Source: a virus (lineage: Duplodnaviria > Caudoviricetes). Taken from it: 55,016 bases of DNA. The position numbers and the translations under genes are program-made. The notes below the pieces were generated by a model. It worked only from the letters and a program-made list of their open reading frames with translations. It was not told the DNA's origin and did no database searches. The DNA lies in the IMG/VR virus record IMGVR_UViG_3300025671_000081, positions 1 to 55,016 of that record; one strand, 5' to 3'. Shown piece by piece: positions 47,695 through 55,016 of the stretch; the first letter of the stretch is position 1; every line of letters begins with the position of its first letter.

Positions 47695-47954
47695 TACTGA
47701 TTGCTCCGCCCGTCAATTGCTCGCATTACCTCGGCCTTCATTGCCGGGTGCATCACAATCCTTCTGGTTTCGTTACACACATAAAACTCGCGGCTAGGAA
47801 CCTGGTCGATAACGACTTTTGTGGCCCGGAGTGGACGCCAAGGGCGCGACAGAAGCCGCTCACGCCACGTTCTGGTCACTGTCTTCTCTTCTGGCTGAGT
47901 GAGCGCCGGGTTTTCTATCACTGTGTAGCCGCATAAAGGGTCATTCAGGATCAT
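47694..47954 (-). CDS. hypothetical protein
   Basis: RTWRERL.SRPWRP, IVMHP motifs. Confidence 0.65.
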   Translation of the reverse strand: MILNDPLCGYTVIENPALTQPEEKTVTRTWRERLLSRPWRPLRATKVVIDQVPSREFYVCNETRRIVMHPAMKAEVMRAIDGRSNQ

Positions 47955-48321
47955 AGCTTGAGTCTCTCAGCACGTTCGTTTCGACAAAACACGGAATGCA
48001 ATATGTTTTGCCATCTGCGCATTCAGCTCTCTCGGCCCGCACTTCTTCTCGACACTGCTCGCATACGGTAGGGTTGCAGGCAATCTGGTTAGGTATAAAC
48101 CGCAACACTGGCCCAGAAGAGGAATGAATCTTCGCCTTCAGGCTCTCGATCTCTTTCGGGGAAAGCTTGTCTGGATTCGCCACTATCGGCTTTTTGTCAA
48201 AAAGCAGCCGAGCCGTCCGATAATTGATTTCGGCCATAAGATCGCGATTTGGCTGAGCTATAAACTGTTCAACCGACTCCCTCAAAATATCGATATGCTC
48301 CTGACGTAATTCGCTAGTCAT
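47941..48321 (-). CDS. hypothetical protein with C-terminal zinc finger
   Basis: CEQC...CIPC. Confidence 0.6.
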   Translation of the reverse strand: MTSELRQEHIDILRESVEQFIAQPNRDLMAEINYRTARLLFDKKPIVANPDKLSPKEIESLKAKIHSSSGPVLRFIPNQIACNPTVCEQCREEVRAERAECADGKTYCIPCFVETNVLRDSSYDPE

Positions 48322-49049
48322 ACCGCCTCCCGGTTACGTTCGTTTCTGACGTTTTCCCAGTACCGCTCCAGCCACGCCTCAATCGGAGCCAGGCACAGGT
48401 TATCCACAGTCTTTATCTCATCCATAATGAGATTCCAGAGCGGAGCCCACTGGCGTGACCAGTTGCGCGTCTCGATTCGATTGCAACGACCGGTTGCCAT
48501 TAACCGTCCCAACTCCTGAACCTGACTGGTATTCAATGAGAGGCTTCTGACGGTTCCTCCCTCGATCGCGGGACTAATGGCTTCCCGGTAATGGCAGAGC
48601 GCGCAGTAGATCAGATCCAGAAGTGCGGCTTGGCGCTCTATCGGCATATTCGGGAACTGGGCTTTCATTTTTTTCTGACACACACGATACAGGTGGTTCT
48701 GAGCCTGCTTGAACTCCAGCTCAGTCGCTTGGAAGTCGGGCATATACATGATGTTGCCGAAGGCCCGCTCGTGGTGTTTCAGTTTTCGGTTTAGGTCAGA
48801 ACGTATCTGCATCTTCTGCTGATCACACCATATCTGGTTCAGATTGCTACTGAATCCACCGAAGTCGGGATTCGTGACCTTGGTTTTGCTCCAGTCACCA
48901 GACACTGCAGAAGATTGATTCTGCTTAATGCCCAGCTTGGCAGTCTCAACAGCTCCAGCCAGCGATGAATCAGAGCCGTAGAAATAAATCCAGTGCCACA
49001 GATTGCGAGTGGTCAGAGGCTTTGGCAAATTGCGCGTCAGATTAGTCAA
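48318..49049 (-). CDS. putative Q-like late antiterminator
   Basis: Follows NinG; pR'/tR' structure downstream; call mainly positional. Confidence 0.45.
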   Translation of the reverse strand: MTNLTRNLPKPLTTRNLWHWIYFYGSDSSLAGAVETAKLGIKQNQSSAVSGDWSKTKVTNPDFGGFSSNLNQIWCDQQKMQIRSDLNRKLKHHERAFGNIMYMPDFQATELEFKQAQNHLYRVCQKKMKAQFPNMPIERQAALLDLIYCALCHYREAISPAIEGGTVRSLSLNTSQVQELGRLMATGRCNRIETRNWSRQWAPLWNLIMDEIKTVDNLCLAPIEAWLERYWENVRNERNREAV

Positions 49050-49734
49050 TGGATGGCTCCTTTAAGTCGCTCAGCATTTTTTTAAATTTGCCTTCCGTTG
49101 CCTTAAAGTCTTCGATCGTAAACTTCGCTGGTTCGTGAGGGCCTTCAAGCCACTCCACATTCTCTATTCCAATCCTCCGCACAAGTTCCACTCGGTATGC
49201 AGCTGTAACCTGATGATTCTTGCGGGCATAATTTCCTGCACCGCCATTACACGACTTGCACTGACGGTGCGCGTTCATCGGCTCGAATCGCAACTCTGGG
49301 TGGCTGCCTACGCTCAGGTAGTGACCGCAGTCCCATGCTCCGCCGGGCTTCCACCCCTCGCTCTGCTCAACCTCGCTCTCAGTGCGACCGCAACTCACGC
49401 AAGGCATGCCCGCGTCTCGCGCCCGTATGTAAGCGTTAAAATGCTTTTGAGCGACCTTTTGACGATAATTGCGATCATTATCACGCAGTTTGTCTTTCGC
49501 CTTTTTGGTCTTGGCTCGATATTCACGCTCTTTTTTCTTGGCCTCCTTCGCCATCACCCGCTTAACGTAACAATCCAACCCCTGACGAAGGCGGTCGCGC
49601 TCAGCCTGCATGTGCTCTTCTGCATAGCTGTTCATGCACTCGAACGAATGGAATTTCTTCTTGTGCGGAATGCTCTCTGACTTACTTGCTGGCGGCAGAG
49701 CTTCGCCGCATCCGCATTTACAGCGACGAGTCAT
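49042..49734 (-). CDS. ninG: NinG/Rap recombination endonuclease
   Basis: AQ..FNAYIR.RD...PC.SCG, WDCGHY.SVGS.PELRF...N.H.QC..CN. Confidence 0.9.
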   Translation of the reverse strand: MTRRCKCGCGEALPPASKSESIPHKKKFHSFECMNSYAEEHMQAERDRLRQGLDCYVKRVMAKEAKKKEREYRAKTKKAKDKLRDNDRNYRQKVAQKHFNAYIRARDAGMPCVSCGRTESEVEQSEGWKPGGAWDCGHYLSVGSHPELRFEPMNAHRQCKSCNGGAGNYARKNHQVTAAYRVELVRRIGIENVEWLEGPHEPAKFTIEDFKATEGKFKKMLSDLKEPSID

Positions 49735-49894
49735 TGTTGAGCTCCTCTTGTCTGCGAATCGCCTTTTGTTGATTCACAGCATGACGACTTGGCATCCGTA
49801 GCGGGGCTGGCTTGAGACGAAGGATCAATACCAAGACGGAAGCAAGAATCAAAACAACAATGCCGCATGCTATATTGAAGCTTAACTCGCTCAC
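49718..49894 (-). CDS. small membrane protein
   Basis: GGAGG RBS, GTG start, one TM helix. Confidence 0.5.
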   Translation of the reverse strand: MSELSFNIACGIVVLILASVLVLILRLKPAPLRMPSRHAVNQQKAIRRQEELNNDSSL

Positions 49895-50442
49895 GCCGCC
49901 TCCCCGCGATTGCTCGCTATCCACTCGCGCTCAGCCGCTGCTATTTCCTCAGCGGTTGCTGGCCACTGAACGCCAAGCTCAACACCATAAGCATAAATAA
50001 ACTCGATGAAGTCAGAGCCTTCTGCCACCGAAAAACCTGTCGTGCTCGGACGAACAGTAACCATGCGTCCAGAACCGTCCATAGCCGGAACAATCTGACC
50101 AGGCTTACGCAGCGGCTCACCAGCTAAGGCGCGCTCCTGCTCAAACTGATCAACAAGCAATGCTTTCCAGATTTCCGGCTTGTACTTCCGGCGACGATTT
50201 CGACCGAAGAAATAAACGATGCGGCCTGGGTCTGAATCCGGGTGCTTAGTCTCAAAGGTAACCTGATCCGAAATAACCGCGATCAACTTGTGATACAGCT
50301 TTTCTTGCTCACGGCTGCGCGAAGGCCGGCGCACCAGAACGGAAATAGGACCGCCAGCCAAGGTATCAAGCATGAATTGCTTCAGCGCAGTGAACTTCTG
50401 CCGCGCCGTATTATCAGGATGAATCGTGATCTCTTTTGCCAT
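49891..50442 (-). CDS. ninB: NinB/Orf-like recombination protein
   Basis: RS.EQ..YH..I..IS.QV, WK.LL, STT.FS..E.SDFIE.I.A.G. Confidence 0.75.
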   Translation of the reverse strand: MAKEITIHPDNTARQKFTALKQFMLDTLAGGPISVLVRRPSRSREQEKLYHKLIAVISDQVTFETKHPDSDPGRIVYFFGRNRRRKYKPEIWKALLVDQFEQERALAGEPLRKPGQIVPAMDGSGRMVTVRPSTTGFSVAEGSDFIEFIYAYGVELGVQWPATAEEIAAAEREWIASNRGEAA

Positions 50443-50681
50443 TACGCTATTCTCCCCTGTGCTCTCAGTTGCTCTCTGTATTCGCGGGCAACGCCATTCA
50501 GATATTCATTTGCCTGACGACGGCCTGAGTAGTTCTTGGCCATGTACAGCCGGTCGTATTCGTCAGCCACTTCCTGTTGCTTGTGCGCAGGAATGACCGC
50601 CATACGCACCATGATCCAGCTCTTCTCAGAGCCCCAGCGCGAATAGCTGTAAAACTTCGGCATGATCGGCGTCTGATTCAT
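50442..50681 (-). CDS. hypothetical protein
   Basis: Coupled ORF. Confidence 0.65.
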   Translation of the reverse strand: MNQTPIMPKFYSYSRWGSEKSWIMVRMAVIPAHKQQEVADEYDRLYMAKNYSGRRQANEYLNGVAREYREQLRAQGRIA

Positions 50682-50914
50682 ACCAGCTCGACCACCTTGG
50701 CTTTCTGATTGCGGTCAGCGGACATGATGGCGTCCATTTCCACGGCGGCATCCATCGCTATCCAGGCGAACTCAGTTAAGCGCCCGCCGGGCAACATCCA
50801 TCCGCGCTCTACAGCGTGAGGAACAACCGTCGCCGAACCATGAACAATCGCCTTTAGGCCATGACGACTCGGATAAATTGACGTATCAGTTTTGCGTTCG
50901 TAGTTTCTACTCAT
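50678..50914 (-). CDS. hypothetical protein
   Basis: Coupled ORF; GW.LPGG motif. Confidence 0.65.
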   Translation of the reverse strand: MSRNYERKTDTSIYPSRHGLKAIVHGSATVVPHAVERGWMLPGGRLTEFAWIAMDAAVEMDAIMSADRNQKAKVVELV

Positions 50915-51963
50915 AATCCCATAGCTCCCATACTCGCCTTGATATACTCGATCGCTACTTCTGCATTAATTGCATTGCCGTAGCCCTTTAGGCGCCCTTT
51001 TCTTGCTTCAGACGTCGGAAAGCAGATATCGCCGCTATGTCCCACGCCTCCGGAAGTCCCATCAACCAGCGCGAATGTGCCGGATTCAACTGGCCGGAAC
51101 TTTCCATCCCGGCACAGGAGCCAGTCAGAATCTGACCAGAAGCCGTTAACCGGACCGGCTGGTTTAATTCCGTCAGCTGCACCATTTCCGGCAGAGCCAC
51201 ACACCCCGGACGCGGAGTTACCTTTCCACCCTTCACCGCATCCGTTGCCGTTGCCGTTGCCGTTGCCGTCGGCCACGACGCCAGCGCCGCCTGTCGCGGC
51301 AACTGATCCAGCCTGCTCCGCCCATCCGGGCGTACCGTCTTCATGCCCGGCGAGTCCTTCCAATCCCGAGCTGAGGCTGTCACCCAGCCCTGCATAAAAT
51401 CCTGTAAAGAACAGGCGTTGGCGGATGTTCGGAGAACCGACGCCCGCAGCCGGAATATCAAACGCCGCGCTGGCGTAACCTGCGTCTTCCAGGTCAGCTT
51501 GTACAAGGTCGAACCACGTTGTTCTGCTGTCGCTTTTAATCTGCTCAGTATTCCAGCCTGTAGCGTCTCGCTCTTTGCTCGAAGCTCCGACAATGAGATT
51601 GCTGGAGACCTGCTCTCCGTAGATGACTGGTGGTCGATTTTCTTTAATGAGTTCGTACCAGGTTGGCCAGAGGTGTCGCTCGTCTTCAAAGCCTTTTTGT
51701 CTACCGGCTGCACTGAATCCCTGACAGGGACAACTGCCTGTCCAGACTGGTCGGTCGTCAGGCCACCCGGCTTGTCGCAATGCGTAACTCCAGACGCCGA
51801 TGCCGGCAAAGAAGTGGCATTGCGTGAAAGGTCTAAGGTCATCTGCTCTAACATCAACAATGCTCCGTTCATCAACTTCGCCCGGGGCGATTACATTCAT
51901 CCGGATCAGCTCGCGCAGCCAGGCAGCGGCAAAAGGATCAATTTCGTTGTAGTAAGCCGTCAT
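50911..51963 (-). CDS. DNA cytosine-C5 methyltransferase (alpha polypeptide)
   Basis: FFAGIG, GSCPCQ.FS, GEQV, R.R, GYGNAI motifs. Confidence 0.88.
   Translation of the reverse strand: MTAYYNEIDPFAAAWLRELIRMNVIAPGEVDERSIVDVRADDLRPFTQCHFFAGIGVWSYALRQAGWPDDRPVWTGSCPCQGFSAAGRQKGFEDERHLWPTWYELIKENRPPVIYGEQVSSNLIVGASSKERDATGWNTEQIKSDSRTTWFDLVQADLEDAGYASAAFDIPAAGVGSPNIRQRLFFTGFYAGLGDSLSSGLEGLAGHEDGTPGWAEQAGSVAATGGAGVVADGNGNGNGNGCGEGWKGNSASGVCGSAGNGAADGIKPAGPVNGFWSDSDWLLCRDGKFRPVESGTFALVDGTSGGVGHSGDICFPTSEARKGRLKGYGNAINAEVAIEYIKASMGAMGL
50988..51875 (-). CDS. overlapping alternative-frame C5-MTase beta-like polypeptide (true start uncertain)
   Basis: 295 open codons nested in MTase; W.T..ARDWK and motif IX-like LNPAHSRWLMGLP. 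Confidence 0.6.
   Translation of the reverse strand: MMNGALLMLEQMTLDLSRNATSLPASASGVTHCDKPGGLTTDQSGQAVVPVRDSVQPVDKKALKTSDTSGQPGTNSLKKIDHQSSTESRSPAISLSELRAKSETLQAGILSRLKATAEQRGSTLYKLTWKTQVTPARRLIFRLRASVLRTSANACSLQDFMQGWVTASARDWKDSPGMKTVRPDGRSRLDQLPRQAALASWPTATATATATDAVKGGKVTPRPGCVALPEMVQLTELNQPVRLTASGQILTGSCAGMESSGQLNPAHSRWLMGLPEAWDIAAISAFRRLKQEKGA
51242..51269. repeat. 6-bp tandem repeat (CCGTTG)x4.7
   Basis: Encodes GNGNGNG in one frame and TATATATAT in the other. Confidence 0.9.
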
Positions 51964-52520
51964 GCCGCTTTCTTCCGGTGACGTGTGTTAAAAAACTCTT
52001 CAAGCTCAGGGAAAATCCGCATAGCCAGGCGAGCCAGATCAGGCGTGTAGTTGTTGTTGATTTTGAAGAGCTGGCCAGCATCGTGAATCCGGTGCTCGTC
52101 CCAGCGAAGGTGTTCAAAAATTGCTTTGCTTGCGTATCGCTTGTGGGTCTTTCTGCGCTCGATCGCTTCGGCGATGAACGCACTAAATAGGGCCTGATTT
52201 TCTGTCTGGTAAATGTACTCACGCATACCGTCGCAGAAGTCACCGAAGTCAATCAGCACCTCAATGATTACCGCCTCACGCTCCGCTTTGTTCAGTGCCT
52301 TCCAGCTTGTCAGCGGCATTGGATACGCAAGGTCTTCATGGTCGCGGAGTTTCTTAACGCGATCAGCGTACTCAGTTTCAATACCCTTCTGACCCTGAAA
52401 CTTCACCGCCAGTAGTGCGGGTTTTTTATCCTGCTCAGGCGCCAGCACGGTAACCACATGACCCAGTTCGCCGGTACACTTGAGGCGGACGATATCGCCT
52501 GATTGAAAATCTTTTCTCAC
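51960..52520 (-). CDS. hypothetical phage protein
   Basis: I.EHLRW, FKINNNY...LAR motif. Confidence 0.7.
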   Translation of the reverse strand: MRKDFQSGDIVRLKCTGELGHVVTVLAPEQDKKPALLAVKFQGQKGIETEYADRVKKLRDHEDLAYPMPLTSWKALNKAEREAVIIEVLIDFGDFCDGMREYIYQTENQALFSAFIAEAIERRKTHKRYASKAIFEHLRWDEHRIHDAGQLFKINNNYTPDLARLAMRIFPELEEFFNTRHRKKAA

Positions 52521-52522
52521 GG

Positions 52523-53200
52523 TTACGCCTCCAGCTGAGCAAGGATCGATTGCATATTCCGACTTGCCCTGGTCGGCTCGGTCGGCAAATGCGGCAATGT
52601 CTGTTCGGGCTCAACGTTCACAGGCTCGTTCCAAGGCGCGCCAGATAGCCAGTGTCGAATCACTTCAGCGTGTGCAGTCTCAACCGCATCACGAACCGCC
52701 TTGTAGTTCGCGGACCGCAGAGCATGGCCGTCGAGAATTGACCACAAGTGATACGTGGCACCGTCCAGCTTCAGCGACGGCGAAGCGAGCTTGCGGTTAA
52801 CAATTCGGGCAGCATCCTCAAGCGGAGGAATGCGCGCATCACGCATTGCCCACTCCCACGCCCACACGCAGAACTGACCAGGCGACACAGGGCGAACGTA
52901 ACCAGAAGCACGGCAGGCCATAAGTCCGAATTTAATCAGCACGTCGCTCGTTACTCCTTGCTGAACCAGCGTCTCCAGCCACATACACTTTCCAGCTTCA
53001 ATGTCGTCCGGGGCCGGGTACAATTCCCGCCACTTCGGGAATATCGCTATGACCTGACCCCAGAGCCAATTGATCATCTGAATGTCCGTCTGTGTCGGCT
53101 CCGGGGAATCCAGTGCGGAACTTTTGCGCCCAGTCGGTTGATTCGTTCGCTTTTCTGAGCTCAGCTTCGCGACTTGATAATTGAGATCCTGCATGGCCAT
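52523..53200 (-). CDS. replication protein P-like (helicase loader)
   Basis: IFP.W, K..W...L...GV, G...CR, SPGQF..W; follows initiator. Confidence 0.7.
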   Translation of the reverse strand: MAMQDLNYQVAKLSSEKRTNQPTGRKSSALDSPEPTQTDIQMINWLWGQVIAIFPKWRELYPAPDDIEAGKCMWLETLVQQGVTSDVLIKFGLMACRASGYVRPVSPGQFCVWAWEWAMRDARIPPLEDAARIVNRKLASPSLKLDGATYHLWSILDGHALRSANYKAVRDAVETAHAEVIRHWLSGAPWNEPVNVEPEQTLPHLPTEPTRASRNMQSILAQLEA

Positions 53201-53999
53201 TGCCTCGCTGGTTGGTATCGTTCAGGTGTTTTGCCCAGGCTTTCTGGACGGATTTCAGGAATGCGGTTTGAAAGTTTCCACCGTGGGGAAGGCGCCCGGC
53301 AGTGAGCCAGTACGCTCGGAATTCAGGAATGCAGTTGCGAATAAAATCTTCAGGAACGCTCGTCATCGCAATTCTGCGAACAGTGGTTTCGTCAGGGTTC
53401 CAGTCTTCCGACATTTCGGGCTGCTGCTGGTAGGGCTGGACGTTTTCAGAAAATCGATTCGCGTGTTGTTGTAGTTGTTGTGTATTCCCTTCCCTTTCCC
53501 CTTCCAGTTCCCTTTCCCCATGTGCGTGCATGTGCGTGCATGTGCGTGCATGTGTCTGAGTTTCTGAATCAGTACTTGTGGAAACTTCCTGCGACTCTGA
53601 AACGCTGACTTCTTCAGGGTTTTGCCCTGCATCATTAATGCATGTGCTTGCATGTGCATTACTTTCTTTGGGGGGAAGTTTCGATTTTGCTTCACGAGCA
53701 TTGGGACATTGGTGTTTTAAGAATGTCGGTATGCATCCAATCTCGCGACCATCCGCAAGGTATTTTTCGACAAGGCCGATACGCTCAAGCGCGTCAAGCA
53801 CGTGTGAAAAGTCGGTGGTGTCGTAAGGCATTACATCCAATTTCAACTGACGTGGACGCCACTCGAATCGCCCCTCTCGGTCGCAGCATGTAAATAAGCC
53901 TATGAACGCCAGGCGGAGCGGCAGCCCAGATTCAATCTCAGCTTCGAATAAATCTTCATGCCGAAATAACTCCGGCTTTACTGTTCTAATGCGAGCCAC
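52998..53999 (-). CDS. replication initiator (O-like) with DnaT-like C-terminal domain
   Basis: MARIRTVKPE, RL.FIGL...D.EGRF, F.KHQ; M..DW.P..EF.AYW. Confidence 0.8.
   Translation of the reverse strand: MARIRTVKPELFRHEDLFEAEIESGLPLRLAFIGLFTCCDREGRFEWRPRQLKLDVMPYDTTDFSHVLDALERIGLVEKYLADGREIGCIPTFLKHQCPNAREAKSKLPPKESNAHASTCINDAGQNPEEVSVSESQEVSTSTDSETQTHARTCTHMHAHGERELEGEREGNTQQLQQHANRFSENVQPYQQQPEMSEDWNPDETTVRRIAMTSVPEDFIRNCIPEFRAYWLTAGRLPHGGNFQTAFLKSVQKAWAKHLNDTNQRGNGHAGSQLSSREAELRKANESTDWAQKFRTGFPGADTDGHSDDQLALGSGHSDIPEVAGIVPGPGRH
53519..53659. repeat. iteron-like repeats, probable origin
   Basis: (CATGTGCGTG)x3.5 at 53519-53554 and variant CATGTGCTTGCATGTGCAT at 53641-53659 inside the initiator gene. 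Confidence 0.65.
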
Positions 54000-54464
54000 A
54001 AACGATACCTTTTAAGGGCCTTAAAAAATCTGTAGATAAAAATAACCAGAGATCCAGCATCTGGCTGTTACGTTTTTTACCGGGTCGCCTTCCCGTAAAA
54101 TACCGGCCACTGGAGCCAGCTATCAGAGCCTGATTTTGTCTACCGGTTTGCTTCCGGTACGTAGTCACGACTACACCGTTCCGCGCTCGAATAAGTCAGA
54201 GTTGCCAGGCCCCATGCCTGATTCCGTCTTACCGTGCGCTTCCAGGCGGAGGAAGCGCAAAGACCATAAGCGCCGTCGCCTACGCTGCTGCTACGCTCTT
54301 TAACTTCAAGAGCCGGTTATTAGCCCCACCGACAGCTGGGGTCGTCTCACCAACAGGTATTAGTCAGATGTGTATTGATATGCTGACTGTCTCCAAGCTA
54401 CTTATGGAGTCCCGGCAAAGTCTGGCGTTGCCGCGCCAGTCAGTCAGCATACGAATGCACACCT

Positions 54465-54489
54465 AAAAAAGTCCGGGCCGAAGCCCGGC
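54465..54489 (-). terminator. rho-independent terminator
   Basis: CCGGGC-TTCG-GCCCGG plus T6. Confidence 0.8.
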
Positions 54490-54503
54490 AATGGAGTCCA
54501 CCC

Positions 54504-54725
54504 TTACGTGGAATGCACAAGGCTCAAGTGGCTCGACTTTTTCGTCGCCTCTTGATCCTTCAATTTCTTAACTTCAGCTTGCAATGCCGCGAGCAAGTCA
54601 GCGCCCTGCTTGCCTTGCTGAACTTTTCTGCGAACAATGCTCAGTATTTCTGACTCAGACATCCCGAGTGCCGCAGTCAGCACTTCCATGTCAGTCGAAT
54701 ATTCCGTTTTCACTTCCCCGGCCAT
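54504..54725 (-). CDS. hypothetical (possible CII-region regulator)
   Basis: GGGAGG RBS; position upstream of replication genes. Confidence 0.6.
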   Translation of the reverse strand: MAGEVKTEYSTDMEVLTAALGMSESEILSIVRRKVQQGKQGADLLAALQAEVKKLKDQEATKKSSHLSLVHST

Positions 54726-54785
54726 GACAACCTCCCGTTTCCGGCCCTGGTTCAGACCTTCTATTATTTTTAAATCAGGACAGAA

Positions 54786-55004
54786 TCAGTGATTAACTGC
54801 ATTATCCGGACGGTCATCATTCATATGACGAGATTCAATTTCACGACGCATTGCGCGAATCGCATCCGAGACTTCCATTTGAGCCAGTCGCTCCTGCATC
54901 GCTGCGTTTTGCGCAGTGTCGGTATAAGGAACACTTCGGCGATCCAGCCCTTCAATGACGAGATCACGAATCGTGACGGAAGGCTGACCACCCGTCGCCT
55001 CCAC
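54786..55004 (-). CDS. hypothetical protein, probably 5'-truncated by window edge
   Basis: Open frame near window end. Confidence 0.5.
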   Translation of the reverse strand: MEATGGQPSVTIRDLVIEGLDRRSVPYTDTAQNAAMQERLAQMEVSDAIRAMRREIESRHMNDDRPDNAVNH

Positions 55005-55016
55005 ATATTCGCGAAG

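Larger units (their letters stand above)
1..55016. mobile_element. Temperate podovirus-like bacteriophage genome (near complete, attP form)
   Basis: Recombination, integration, virion, lysis, nin and replication modules all present; no host housekeeping genes; no tape measure or sheath; tRNA core flanked on both sides by arm-type repeats. Confidence 0.93.

Noticed and set aside
53986-54168. 60-aa minus-strand ORF upstream of the initiator
   Set aside because: No recognisable motif; cannot support or exclude it

Overview
The window is most or all of a ~55 kb temperate, podovirus-like Gammaproteobacteria phage. It appears to be in the excised (intact attP) form and circularly permuted, and the immunity repressor is not in the window. 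Order: early + strand arm (RecT, YqaJ exonuclease, CsrA, Ead/Ea22-like); two tandem xis-int copies; attP with a tRNA-Val(GAC) 3' half; a - strand virion operon (2905-aa polyvalent ejection protein, tail, capsid, portal, terminase); lysis genes behind a pR'/tR'-like late promoter; nin-like and replication genes. The standout feature is 15 integron attC-like sites. Fourteen form four cassette arrays (6085-7214, 8604-10065, 11455-11898, 12797-13127) holding ten single-ORF cassettes, and one is a solitary site at 47155-47203. No integron integrase is visible. All ten cassette ORFs are antisense to canonical attC polarity, every array ends in a distinct anchor-class site, and the phage's own xis-int module has been duplicated precisely between attC crossover points. 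All calls are by eye from motifs and synteny; no database searches were run.
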